A stretch of DNA of 64,000 nucleotides from Octopus sinensis (GCF_006345805.1 NC_042999.1:32860001-32924000), one strand, 5' to 3'; shown: positions 38,809 to 51,695, counted from the first letter of the stretch. Notes: generated by a model from the letters alone, not told the origin. Numbers and translations are program-made.

Positions 38809-40584
38809 CAGGACATGAAAAAACGTAGGCACAATGAGAAAGAAAAACATGAAAACAAAAAGATAGAAAACGAACTTTTTTCCGAACAACGAAAAAAAGA
38901 ACTAACATAGAAACGAGACAGGCAACATAAAGAACATTCCCTTCATCAGTTGTCCCCTGTTTCATCTACTCCCCTTTCGAAAGTAAAGACAAGACGCTAG
39001 TTCATTAAAACAGTCCTTTCCGCAAAGCAAATTAAATAAAATATGGGGGCTTTGCGGAGGGTGAAAGTGGTAACAAAAACTGGACAGTGAGAACCAGACA
39101 ATAGAAACAAACGGTGAGGGCTGTTAAGCCAAAACGATACCGTTCATAATTTTGAGGTGTAAGGGTCACTATGACAATAATAATAAACTCATGCACTGGT
39201 ACAATTTCACATCTTTATTGTTAGTCAGTCGGTTAGTCATCAACCGATCGTTTGTTTAATCATCATTCGCTTAAACACTAAGTCGGGTGTTTCTTTCATT
39301 GCTATTTGCGAATCCATCAATTCCATGCCATCTCTCAAGAGACATTTCGGCCAAACAAAGACGCGCACACTAGCGAACATGCCAACAGAGAAACACGCAC
39401 GCATGCGCACAAGCACACACCCTATCGTTCCCTCCCTTCCTTTATCAGATATGTAACTCCGTAAGCTATCACAAATCTTTATGGAATAACAGGCACATTC
39501 GAATATGATATGTAGTGGAGTGGGCAAGTCTGGAGTGGGCAAGTCACAAAACGTAAACAACATGAAATACGTAGACAAACTTGGATATGCAAACAACGAC
39601 AGAAACAACTGGAAAACATGACAAGTAAAATAAGGAACGACACATGATCAGTTATCGGCTGTCCATCTACTCCTCATTTCGGACAATTAACGGCAATATG
39701 AGGCTCCGAAATGCAGTTACCCCCACAAACCAAAATAAAATTTGGGATTTGCGGTGGGTCAAAGATTGTAAGAAAAACAGGACAGCGGAGACATACAACA
39801 AACCAAACGAAAATAAAAATGGAGGGCCATTAGACCAGACGAGGTAGGGAAGCGAAGGCTGAAGAATATTCTCTTTGACAAGAGAAAAGATAGAAGAGGT
39901 GACAGGTAAGAATGCGTCAGGTCTGTAAGGCAGACTGAAGGAAATGAAATGTGATCATGTCAGGAACAGAAAGATGGACGATGGTCACGCGTGAGCAACT
40001 AGAGAGATTAAAGGAGAGCGAGAGAGAGAGAGAAAGAGAGAGAAAATGAGGCAGACATACAGATAGAAACGGTGAAGAGGAGAAAAATGAATTAGAGAAA
40101 GGTTGAGAGGGAAACAACAAAACTGGGTAGAAGAGGAGAAAAAAGAATTAGAAGGATGAGAGAGAAAACGAAAGGGGGAGGCCCGCCATGTTTATTTTCG
40201 TTTGGTTTGTTGTATGTCTCTACTGTCCTGTTCTGTTACTGACTTTGAACCTCCACAAATCCCAAAATTTATTTTGGTTTGCGGGAGCCTACAACTAATG
40301 TCTTGTTTTCCATTTGTCTCTCTCGTTGTTTCCATACCCAAGTTTGCCTTCGTATTTCATGTTTTCTTTTACGTTTTGTGACGTTCTGTACCCATTCGTG
40401 TGTACCGTTGGCGATTTTTTTCCTCTGTCTTCCCTTCTCGGGATCTTTCCTTCTCCTATGTTTCCGACGAAGAGCTCCGCTCGAAACGTTGAACCCTCCT
40501 TCTTCCCTTCTTTCCTGAGCGTCCAATAATACTGTATTTGTTCCACGTCCTCACGTTGTTATGTTTTCGTGTTTGGATTAACTA
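38809..40584. mobile_element. PLE-derived composite with ~107-bp inverted repeat (39721-39828 vs 40180-40285) and terminal HHR
   Basis: The arms align as reverse complements; the right end carries an HHR and the cctgagcg..aata motif of family H1 and abuts a TA tract. Confidence 0.65.
40460..40494 (+). ncRNA. Minimal type I hammerhead motif (core CCGACGA, U4C)
   Basis: GUUU-CCGACGA-A-GAGC-UCC-GCUC-GAAAC-GU-U-GAAC. Confidence 0.65.
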
Positions 40585-40622
40585 TATATATATAATTATA
40601 TATATATATTTATATATATATA

Positions 40623-40802
40623 TCACCGGGATCACCGTGACCGACCAGGCTATCAGATGTTGCTAGACATCGCGGGTCACAATGCGCTTCGCATTGTTTT
40701 AGCCTTCAAATGATGCCACCCCGCTGGCTAAACGAGCAGGCGTCTGAAGAGATGCCGTTAAGCATTTTGTCCGACGTGTTAACGATTCTGCCAATTCGCC
40801 GC
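40623..40802 (-). mobile_element. Adjacent SINE fragments (a 3' body plus a family B head)
   Basis: tgttaacgattctgccaattcgcc is the reverse complement of the family B head; the preceding caccgtgaccgaccaggc...gctggctaaacgagcagg is a SINE-like body. Confidence 0.6.
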
Positions 40803-40813
40803 TCATATATATA

Positions 40814-40926
<113 letters not shown>

Positions 40927-41460
40927 CATACATATATATACATATCTATATATATATATATATATAATATATATATATACATTCTAATGCTGCTCACCTA
41001 TTAATTTTTTATGATTCGGCCCAAGAAAGCCCTTTGAATGCCACTAGTCAAATAACCGAACTTAAATTCTTCACTCTACCTTGCATTTTTCACACACACG
41101 GTAATTCTCCTTTCGCTTTCCCCCCTTTCTTCTAATACTTATTTCTCACTACATTTTATACACTCGTCTCATACTGTGCTCTCAACATATTCTGTTTGAA
41201 TATTCCATGCGTCAATATTTACATCCTTGCGACAATGTACCCTTTAATTTAATCAAGATATCCTGAGCCTGAAGAGTAGCCGGCGGTATGCACCTCACTT
41301 GAATTTTTACCAACTTTGCTTTAGAAGCGTTGAGATGTCTTAGAAAGATAAAGAGGTTTGTTTGTTTACGTTCATCGTAATCTGAATTTAATGTATGATA
41401 GCGTTTCATAAAGCGAGATTTATATATATCTTAAATTTGCGGGAAAATTTGTGGTGTGGG

Positions 41461-41540
41461 CGGTTTTGCTTAAGTGGTTCTGAGCACCGCGACGCGTAAT
41501 CACGGAGGTGTGTGTTCGAGTCTCCTAGCCGGCCGCCGTC
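41461..41540 (+). mobile_element. tRNA-like SINE head (Thr-CGT-like anticodon arm)
   Basis: A-box-like gcttaagtgg, arm ccgcga-cgcgtaa-tcacgg, B box gttcgagtc; no acceptor stem. Confidence 0.5.
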
Positions 41541-41609
41541 ACTTTTCTTGTAGAAAATAGGGGTAGCTTATCCTGTTCAGGCTCTATTATTAGCACTATT
41601 CTGCGTTTG

Positions 41610-41676
<67 letters not shown>

Positions 41677-41802
41677 GTAAACATTTAGATTCAAATGAAT
41701 ATGCTACTACATTTAGATGCACCAGAATTCTGTATGGTGTTATTCATAAAAATCCGTGGGGAAATTATAATCAAACTAAGCAACAAGAATGACACCGGTA
41801 AT

Positions 41803-41888
41803 TTGGTACGATCCTTTCGTACTGCATCATTTTATTAAATGTTGTAAGTATTACAACAGTTTTAAAATGATGAGCACTCATCAGCCAA
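41803..41888 (-). ncRNA. Type I hammerhead motif (family H3), stem III mutated (GAAAG)
   Basis: Minus strand reads UUGG-CUGAUGA-GUGCU CAUCAUUUUA...UAAAAUGAUG C AGUAC-GAAAG-GAUC-GU-A-CCAA. Confidence 0.75.
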
Positions 41889-43079
41889 TTATAGAGGTTT
41901 TCCATTAATACAAACATTTTCATATTAAGTGGCAACATTATAGAGAACGTAGATATATAGGCACATATATGAATTTAAATTTTGAGAACATTTGAGGTAG
42001 TGGAGCCCATCAACTGACTGACTAAGATTCAGTTGTTCCAGACTACTGTAAGGTTCTAAGAGGGAAGAACAAATGAAAGGAGATAATAAAGATTTACGAA
42101 TATACCATACTGGTTTTAGTTTAACACACATAAATGATTAAAAAGCTTCATTGCAAACTTAGAATTAAATTCTTCTTTTTTATAATGTTCTCCAATACTA
42201 AGTAGTATTAATCCTATGACCTTAGGGAAACTATTTGGTTCATCTTGATTATCTCACTCCCATTTCTTAATATATAATTAACTATATAATTAATTATTAA
42301 CTTTTATCCGCAGGTAGTAAATTTTATTTCCAATAGATCCTATATTTTAATTCATTAATATCAACTCACTATCCATGAAATTTGAATAATTTACTCTTCT
42401 AAATTACCTCTCTTCATATTATAAAATATCGCCTTCTACTAAACCTATGAATATCTTCCTTCTTTGATTTTCCCTCTTCCATCTTTCTTAGTATATATTT
42501 TGACCCCTCATATGTTCACTTGATTAATAAGGATTTTCCCCCAGTTAATAAGTACTATGCCTACTCATAATAAGTGTTAGTCTCTTTGTCCAAATTGAAT
42601 AAATTTTAAAATTATATTTTTTCCTTTATTCTAACGTGGCAAATACTTGCAACTTATAGATCAACTGTTGTGATGATGTGCATAGGGTTTGTAAGGCCTC
42701 TGCATTCTCTGTGAATGTTATTGTGACCATTTGACATTGACCTAGTTCTCCTAACGCCGAATCAGTTCATCAAAGAGTAGTAATTGGCATTTAGTTGTGA
42801 CACTGCTGTTTTCTACATAAATTACATATATGGAGATCTGACATCCTCTTTACCCCATTTCTATAATTAAAAAAATCTTTATTGTCTCCTTTCATTTGTT
42901 CTTCCCTGTCAGAACCTTACTGTTTTCTGGAACAACTGAATATTAGTCAGTCAGTTGATGGGCTCCACTACCTCAAATGTTCTTAAAATTTAAATCCATA
43001 TCTTTGTCTATATATCTACGTTCTCTATAATGTTGCCACTTGATATGAACATTTTTGTATTAATGGAAAACCTCTATAA

Positions 43080-43165
43080 TTGGCTGAGGAGAGCTCAGCA
43101 TTTTAAAACTGTTGTAATACTTACAACATTTAATAAAATGATGTAGTACGAAACGATCGTACCGA
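43080..43165 (+). ncRNA. Type I hammerhead ribozyme motif (family H3)
   Basis: UUGG-CUGAGGA-GAGCU...AGUAC-GAAAC-GAUC-GU-A-CCGA; canonical core and palindromic stem III ACGAUCGU. Confidence 0.8.
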
Positions 43166-43197
43166 ATTACCGGAGTCATTCTTGTTGCTTATTTTGA

Positions 43198-43198
43198 G

Positions 43199-43257
<59 letters not shown>

Positions 43258-43354
43258 TATATATATATATATGTATATATATAATGTATATGTATATATA
43301 TATATGTATATGTAATATGTATATATATATAATGTATATGTATATGTATATATA

Positions 43355-43385
<31 letters not shown>

Positions 43386-43393
43386 GATATATA

Positions 43394-43443
<50 letters not shown>

Positions 43444-43484
43444 GTATATATATATGTATATGTATATGTATATATATATATATG

Positions 43485-43554
<70 letters not shown>
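43198..43554. repeat. (TA)n/(TATG)n tract separating the two HHR inverted-repeat elements
   Basis: Direct reading. Confidence 0.95.
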
Positions 43555-43556
<2 letters not shown>

Positions 43557-43585
43557 AAAAAAAGCAACAAGAATGGATTAAAATC

Positions 43586-43664
43586 TCGGTACAATCGTTT
43601 CGTACGAGGACATCTAAGCTACAAAAAATGCAGCGAATACAGATGGCTCGTACTCGTCAGCCGA
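43586..43664 (-). ncRNA. Canonical type I hammerhead ribozyme motif
   Basis: Minus strand reads UCGG-CUGACGA-GUACGAG...CUCGUAC-GAAAC-GAUU-GU-A-CCGA. Confidence 0.88.
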
Positions 43665-43952
43665 AAAAACATCACAGAATTCCCAAACATCAAAAGGGGT
43701 AGATACAAAAGAGAGTGTAAGATTAACTGCATTGAAGAAAGTTCGATTCATGGAGATCCGATGAAAGGTTTTAAACTTACAGAATTTGTGCATGTCTACA
43801 TATAGACATGTCTACATATAGACATGCACAAATTCTGTAAGTTTAAAACCTTTCATCGGATTTCCATGAATCGAACTTTCTTCAATGCAGTTAATCTTAC
43901 ACTCTCTTTTGTATCTACCCCTTTTGATGTTTGGGAATTCTCTGATGTTTTT

Positions 43953-44036
43953 TCGGCTGACGAGTACGAGCCATCTGTATTCACTGCATTTTTTGTAGCT
44001 TATGAAAGATGTCCTCGTACGAAACGATTGTACCGA
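43953..44036 (+). ncRNA. Canonical type I hammerhead ribozyme motif
   Basis: UCGG-CUGACGA-GUACGAG-C-CAUCU...AGAUG-UC-CUCGUAC-GAAAC-GAUU-GU-A-CCGA; predicted cleavage after 44032. Confidence 0.88.
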
Positions 44037-44487
44037 GATTTTAATCCATTCTTGTTGCTTTTTTTTCCTATTTGTAATCACCCCACTTGTCGCATGGTTA
44101 ACACCATATAGATTTCCGGTGCATCCTAGTTAAGGACCATATTCATGTGAATTCATTAGAATTCACTTGAATCTCAATTACTTAACTGTATATATATATA
44201 TATACAAAGTAAATAAATGGCACAACGAAGTACCGATATTTACTGGAAATAGCGAACGTACTAATACAACGCTAATGTATAGCTTCACCGCGTATGTATT
44301 AGCAAAAATGCGTGTGTGCAACAAACTAGAAAAAAATTGTCTTACCTCCAGGGAGAACATCTGAAAGATGAAATACCTGGAAAAGGATAATGTGGGACCT
44401 GCAGGTTTCAGATTTTTCAAGATATGTCTCCCTCACGGGCTATTCTTTACTGGAAAGCAATACTCTAGTATTGCATTACTAATTTAT

Positions 44488-44533
<46 letters not shown>

Positions 44534-44535
<2 letters not shown>

Positions 44536-45774
44536 GGGGCTGGACAAAATAATAGAAACACCTTAAAATTTGAAACAAATTTATTTTAATGCGGGGTAGG
44601 GCCCCCTTTGTCACTAGAATTCTACGAGGCATGGATTCGTACAAAGTTTGAATTCTTTCCAAAGGAATTTTTGTCCATTCTTCTGCTAAAATATTACCCG
44701 GGTCTTGTAGTGACAATGGTGGAAGTTATCCTTACATTTTTTCCAAAATTCACCATAAATCCTCAATAATATTGAGATCTGGATAACGTGGTGGTCAGAT
44801 AAGATGTTCAACTTCACTGGAATGTTCTTCATGCCATTAAGTATCAATATTAGATGTGTGAATTTGTGCATTCTCATCCTGAAAGATGCATTTCCCTCTT
44901 GAAACATTTCCACAACCATAGGTTGAATTTTATCAGATAAAAACTTAAATAGTCTTGACTATTAATTCTTTCATAAAGGGAAACTATTGGGCCGGCGGAT
45001 GTCCAAGTTATAGCCCCCGCTCCCGATAATCACAGATCCTCCTCCATGTTTAACAGTTGGAAAAAAAAGTAGTCTGGGTCAAATGTTTCTTTTGGCTGTC
45101 TCCCCACGTATATACTTGGCTGGTCGGAAATGAGTTAAAGTCCGACTCGTCCAAGAAAATAAGATTTTTCCACTGCTCTAGGGGCCAATTCTATAGGATC
45201 TTATCCCACTCTAATCCCTTTGCAGTATTTGTTTTTGAAGCCCCCAAATTTTCGGCTTCGAGCAGCTACAGGTGAACAGTTTTTGTGGAAACTGGGTTCT
45301 TGAGGTTGCCATTAAGTGCCATAGTAATTTTGGGAACTGTACTTTTGTGATCTCTTCTAACAATGCACGTATGAGTCCGACGGACATTATCCGAATATTT
45401 TGGATTTCTTCCGGAGTCTTGTTTCAACGAGGATGTGTTTCCTTCTTTCTCATAGTCTGTAATTACTTTTGAGACAGAACTTCTTGATACACCAAAGATT
45501 TCTGGTGTTTTCATTACGCTAATGCCTGCCATACAATCACTAGCAATTTCACCTCTTTAAAAGTCCAATAGATTTGTCATTTTAATGAATTTTAATTATC
45601 TTTTTCTGATGATATCTGAAAAGAAACAACAATTTTAGCAAAACATATTAAGCATCACTAATAATAGATAAAAAAATATACATGTAAATAAACAAGATTT
45701 TGATGGTTTTTATAGATATTTCAAAATTATTATGCTATGATACTAAGTGTTTCCATTATTTTGTGCAAACCCCG
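44534..45774 (-). mobile_element. Tc1 (DD34E-type) transposon, both TIRs present, transposase decayed
   Basis: TIRs CAGGGGCTGGACAAAATAATAGAAACAC and GTGTTTCCATTATTTTGTGCAAACCCCG, with TA on both sides. Minus-strand pieces MAGISVMKTPEIFGVSRSSVSKV...SGRNPK, PDLNIIE and EEWTKIPLERIQTLYESMPRR. Confidence 0.92.
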
Positions 45775-46149
45775 TATATACATATACATAAAGTTTATGA
45801 ATATTATTTGGATAAACCGTCCATAAGGGCATTGTCAGTCTATAAATATTAATTGAATAAACAGTGCATAAAAACAGTAAAAAGCACTAGAATCTGATTT
45901 CCTTATATTAGACGTTACTGATGATACGTTAGTAATCTCTTTATCCCACAGAGAACAGTAATTTTAGACAATCACTATATCATTATGGAATGTTTATCTA
46001 ATTAACGCGCATAAACTGACCACGTATTTATAGACCTTACTAAATGTATAATGTATTAAGAACATTATTATGCTATATTACTGAAATAAATGTATTATTG
46101 ATATGTAAGTTTTATTTCCTTGTTTATAACGTCTCACACATTAGTATAG

Positions 46150-46400
46150 TCTATGGCCTACATAAGGAAAATACTGAGCTCCATTCATGCTGATGTGTGT
46201 CTGTGTGTCCGACTTGAATGTGACTGTCAACAAGGGAGCGTTTACTTACCAGAATATATATCTGTGCCTTTGTGAACATGCACAGATGGGTAAATAGGAC
46301 AACGTATATCCATGTGCGTCTATAAATAGCTTGCTTCCCAATCACATGGTTATAGGTTCTGTCCCACAGCGTGACACCTTCGGCTGGTGTCTTCTAATAT
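46150..46400 (-). mobile_element. SINE family A, 5' half
   Basis: Reverse complement of the family A head (cttcccaatcacatggtt...gtgacaccttcggctggtgtcttc). Confidence 0.75.
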
Positions 46401-46544
46401 AGACTTAGGCCCACGATTTTATTTAATTATATCGCTTTATCTGTGACTGCGCGAATTAATGTCTTTCTGACCAAATTTGGAAAAAGAGGATAATAATAAA
46501 AAGAGGATAATGATAAAACTTTCTATTATAGGTGAAAGGCCTGG

Positions 46545-48250
46545 AATATTTTAGGAAAGGTTAAGTCAATTACATCGAAGCCAGTGCTCTACCAGTATTA
46601 ATTTATCAACTTAAAAGTTATGAAAGCAAATTCGACCTCGGCAGAATTTGAACTCAGAATGTGAGGGCAGACGAAATGTCACTAAGCATTTTACTGGCTA
46701 TGCTAACGATTCTACCAGTGCCACGTCAAAATAATGATAATAATAAACCTTTCTACTCCAGGCAAGACCCGAAATTTTGGGGTAGTGTCCAGTCGATTAT
46801 ATCGACCCCAGTACGCAACAGGTACTTAATTTATCTAAATTTGTCAATCCCGTAAGTATGACAGCCAAAGCCGACCTCAGCAGAATTTGAACCCAGAAGC
46901 TAGCAGCAGACGAAATATCGATAAGCATTTCCCCAGATCTCTACCTTCCTAATATCAACAATAATATACGTACACATATACGCAGGCATATACGTATTTG
47001 TATTTGATCGATACATAAAATATATCGTTTCATGCTGTTATGTGTCATTTAGATCTGGTGACTTCTGATAAGCTTCTGAGTTCAAAACCGCCTTTGCCTT
47101 TCCTTGATCGGGTGTGATAAAATAAATATCAATTTCGAAGTTAGCCAGTGCAATCAACTTCTCCACTGGCCCTAAGTTTGCTGACCTTGTGTGAACATGT
47201 GAAATCCGTATCTTAAACACGGTAAGCTGACGCAACTGTTAGCCTCCAATTCATGGCCGAAATGTTAACAAGCATTTCTTTCGGTTTTGCGCTTTAAGTT
47301 GGAACTTCCTCGAGGTTGGCTTTGCAAGTGAACTTTTCGGGAAGACAAAAGAAGCATTAGTTGAGATGTGGCATCTGAGTAATCAACAAGCCTTTCTCCT
47401 TGTGCCTTCACTAGAAAAAGAATACTGAATATGCAACAATCAGCCAATAGAATAATGGCTTACATTGAGCGGGTGCAACGATTGCCAAAATGTAGCCCTC
47501 TTTGTTTACCGTCGGCTACGAAAATTTTGGTCTGTTTGCAAACACTTACGATAAATTTAATTGTAGTACTAACAATTATTTTTTTTCAAATATAAATTCC
47601 TTCAATCAGATTCCAAACTTTCTGAATTGTGGCATGGGTTAACTATAGATAGAAGACTAACTCGGCGTTCGAATCCCATGAAACAGCAGCAAAATACAAG
47701 GTGTTAAAATATCGATTCAGTCATTTATACTTAAACAACTGAGGCGTTTATAAGTTTTCAAACAATATCGACCCACCCGATATCCCTTTATCTTGAACAT
47801 ATTGACAACTGTTTCTTTAATAAAATTTATTATGATGCAAATCGCTATAATAGTCTATCTACCAAAGGTAGAAGAGCTGCAGAATTGAGGGGAGGGGTAG
47901 GCGATTCCATCGATTTCAGGGGTCAACAAGTACTTATTTTATCAGCTGAGAAACGGATGAATGGCATTGTCAGCCTCGAGATCATTTGAAGTCAGAAAGT
48001 GAACCAGACGATATACCCGTTTCTTTACAACCCACAAGGGGCAAAACACAGAGAGGACAAACAAGGACGGACAAACGGATTAAGTCGATTATATCGACCC
48101 TACTACGTAACTGGTACTTAATTTATCGACCCCGAAAGGTTGACAGGAAAAGTCGAAAAGTTGAAAAGAATTTGAACTCAGAACGTAGTGGCAGACAAAA
48201 TACCGTTAGGCATTTTCAACCAGTGTGCTAATGATTCGGCCAGTTCACCG
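46545..48250. mobile_element. Cluster of about five SINE family B copies (46545-46727 -, 46750-46930 -, 47055-47200 +, 47860-48010 -, 48030-48250 -)
   Basis: Recurrent gaatttgaactcagaa / gagttcaaa B-box words and tcgaccc...gtacttaattt body segments. Confidence 0.8.
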
Positions 48251-48819
48251 ATATATACACACTTATATTTTACGAACGTAATAATTTCTGAGTTAGGAAA
48301 TATTTTTGTCTAGATAGATGAAAAAAATATCCTGACTGCTAATAATTATAGTTAATATGTTTAATACTATACCATATCCACGAAAAAAACTGAAGCAAAA
48401 ATGTATGGTTCATGAAGATAATCAATACAAAACAATTAAATAGAAAAGAGAAAGAACACAAAACAAAAAAAAATTGCAAAATTCTGTGTGGAAAATAAAA
48501 ATCGTTTGTTGATTTGCCAGTATTGCAAATCTTAGAAAAAAATATTCAAGAATATTTTTATCAATTTGCAATCATACATATGATGATGATGGTGATGATG
48601 CTGATGCCGATAGTGATGTCAACGACAACGGCAGCAACGGTGATGATGATGATAATGATTAACAGTCTTTTGATTTTATGAAAAATTCAGTAGGTTTGAA
48701 TATGGCTTTCAAATCAAATATGGAATTTCTTGCCTGCAGAAAATTAACCACGTTAAATAACCAAGATAATGTGTATGGGTGTATGTATATATAAATATAT
48801 ATATATATACATATGTGTG

Positions 48820-48854
<35 letters not shown>

Positions 48855-49000
48855 GTGATAAATGTCTATATATATATATAGTAATAGTGAGATATTTCGA
48901 TTATCATCGGGTGAGAGAGTAGTCTGTGATGAAATACGTTCAAGAAAAAAAAATTGCGTAATCTATTGTGATGAAATATTAAATATTAAGCCATATAAAA

Positions 49001-49680
49001 TACTAACTGATAGACCCGGCGTTGACCGACTCGTGAAACCGATTTATTTAACTTATGATAAATCATTTGAATAAATATCCTGCGATTTTTCGGTCTAAGC
49101 ACGTAAGGTGAGTCAATTGTAGAAATAAGTTTAGCTACATTCTACAGGTAGATCTTTTTTTTTAACTTATGCAGTTCAAATCTAGAAACATGTTGTATAA
49201 AAAATCAATTTTTTTTCAAACATTGAACAAATATAATTTTGACCGTATCATAAAACTCTAAGCCTAAATGCTGTGAAAACTTACCATAAGATCTTACCTT
49301 CATCACTATGTCTAAATCTACATCTGAATTTTATACCTAAGAACATAATACTGACTCCTAATGGCAAATACTTAACCGAATCTGGGACCTCAACGCGTAA
49401 TCAAGACCCTAATCCTTTTTGTGTAGAATAGTGACTCCTTTATTTAAAGTAGATGCTTTTAGAAAAGTTTTGATAATGAAAAATTATCGTAACTTCAAAA
49501 TTTAATTTTGAAAAACATTATTTGCAGGAAGTTATCCAGAGAAATTTGCGGAAAGCTAAAAGATATTTAAGAAATAAAGCTATATGGGGGTATTAATCTA
49601 AAACTTCGCTCAATCTAATCGATTCGTACAATTTTTAATCGGCACATTAATAGAATTTCTGAAAAACTCTCAATTTGCCA
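49001..49680 (+). mobile_element. Possible DINE-1/Helentron-like non-autonomous element
   Basis: The start tactaactgatagacccggcgttgaccg resembles the ACTAG...CCCGGCGTTGC 5' subterminal motif; the 3' limit is uncertain. Confidence 0.3.
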
Positions 49681-50347
49681 GCGCGCATATAAATGTAATT
49701 TCGCACAATAATTGGGAAATAATTTGATTTACTGCTATAATTCACTTTAAGGTATGGATTAATTGCGTTTAGCCTTAATCTACCCATTCTTATTAACACC
49801 AGGTAGCTATTTAACTCGCTTTGTAATCAGGAGTGCACCAAACAATACGCGTGCGTATGCTTACATTTTCGCAAATGCTTGTATGGTCGAGTGTGCAGGC
49901 GTCATAAATATTGCGCGAGGGCATTTATAAACCCATATCTGTTAATACTCTTCCCCTCTCTATAGCATGTTCATTTCTCTTTTGGTATCTATGATCTTAT
50001 TTTTGATTTCCTATATAAATGAAGATATTTTGCATCGCTTTGCTACTGATCCGTATACGAAATGAGAAAATACATTGCAGAACTGTCATTTTAACGAGTT
50101 GTGTCTATTTATCACGCGATGAGATACGTATGCACCACCGGATGCTCCTGGAAATTACTTGTTAACTTTCCCATTCGTGATGGATCGATGCTACATGTCG
50201 AAATAATTGCGGTGATTAATACTAAAAATTCTCGTAAGTCCCATCTTCCGACATTTAGTTACTAAACACACACACATACCCAACACATACACCTATATAT
50301 TATTAATAATAGTATGACGACAAAAGTATGAATGAGACCTCGATGAT

Positions 50348-50450
<103 letters not shown>

Positions 50451-50461
50451 ATATATATGTA

Positions 50462-50507
<46 letters not shown>

Positions 50508-50824
50508 TATACTGTGGGACCACATTCATACTTACATGCCTTTGTACGCAATATTCACAATTTTGAACCCGGGATGGCATATTTCTATTGGGGTTTTTAT
50601 TTAAGATTGGGATTTAGATTTTAGTGTTAAAATCTCGAGTAGCAGTGGTAGTAAGAGTCTACGATATGAGCTAATTTTATGAATTTGTGTTGCAACAATC
50701 TTCATGTGGATGGCTGTGTGAATATAGATGTTTTATTTTTGGGAATTGTCTTTATTTATATAGTATTGGCCTAGAAACACGCACTATTTATATGATCTCC
50801 ACTTTAGTTTTATTATCATTGTTT

Positions 50825-51127
50825 CTTTTCTTTTATACCCTTTTCAAGCCTAGCCAGGCTCATGGGCCCGGTTTCTCGGTTTCTGTGGCGTATGTGTTTC
50901 CCCCAGCTGGACGGGACGCCAGTCCATCGCAGCGTTACTAAAGAAAGAGGAAGAGGGAGTGAGAAAAAGTTGTGGCGAAAGAGTACAACAGGGGTCCCCA
51001 CCATCCCCTGTCGGAGCCTCGTGGCACTTGTAAGTGTTTCCGCTCAATAAACACAAACATAACCCGATCTGGAAATCGAAACAGCGATCCTCCGACCGCG
51101 AGTCCGCTGCCCTAACCATTGGGCCTC
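50825..51127 (-). mobile_element. tRNA-Arg-like SINE family D
   Basis: Minus-strand head GGCCCAATGGTTAGGGCAGCGGACTCGCGGTCGGAGGATCGCTGTTTCGATT (TCG anticodon); second copy at 55028-55300. Confidence 0.85.
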
Positions 51128-51565
51128 CACTTTATTATTATTCGTTATAGTTTATTTGTCAGATTGTGTGTTTGTACTGTAAAGAAAAGCAACAAATTAA
51201 ATGCTATGCATTTATTTATATAAACGACCGAACATAAATTAAGAAAAAAAATGAACTTTCAATAGCGAAAAATATATTAAAAATAACAGCTAGTGGATAT
51301 GGATGTATAAGCGCTCTCGCGCAAGCTGCATGTGACATGTACACTCGCTCATACAAACATCCTTTATTGTCGCCAACGGGTGCTTATGTAAATTACAAAG
51401 CAGAAATTAAAAGCAATTTGGTGTTATTCCTCTTATTCAATTGATTCTTCTCGAAATTCACGAGTTGAAGGGTGTGTGGTGAATTGCAGAACGAGATAAA
51501 TCGTAATGGTTCATCATAGAAATCATGCTTGTATATATACATATAGCTATGTGTAAGTGTATCAT

Positions 51566-51637
<72 letters not shown>

Positions 51638-51695
51638 GAATAAATAGATAAATAAATCAATGGAGTTGAACGAAGATGTTGATAATATTCCTTTA

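Larger units (their letters stand above)
41765..43200. mobile_element. Inverted-repeat PLE derivative: ~330-bp arms, each ending in an HHR, around a probable decayed GIY-YIG segment
   Basis: About 41765-42095 is the reverse complement of about 42875-43200. The minus-strand core translates LCTSSQQLIYKLQ...IYSIWTKRLTLIMSRH, resembling C.S.NVIY...YIG.T.R.L..R...H. Confidence 0.8.
43555..44068. repeat. Near-perfect ~514-bp palindrome carrying one HHR on each strand
   Basis: By eye, the ~250-bp arms differ by 3 substitutions, one 5-nt indel and one 1-nt indel. The centre is CATA-TAGACATGTCTA-CATA. Confidence 0.95.

Noticed and set aside
43182-44111. Mirror ORFs (43182-43805 + and 43812-44081 -) encoding the same peptide
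   Set aside because: A direct consequence of the palindrome; the peptide shows no recognisable domain.
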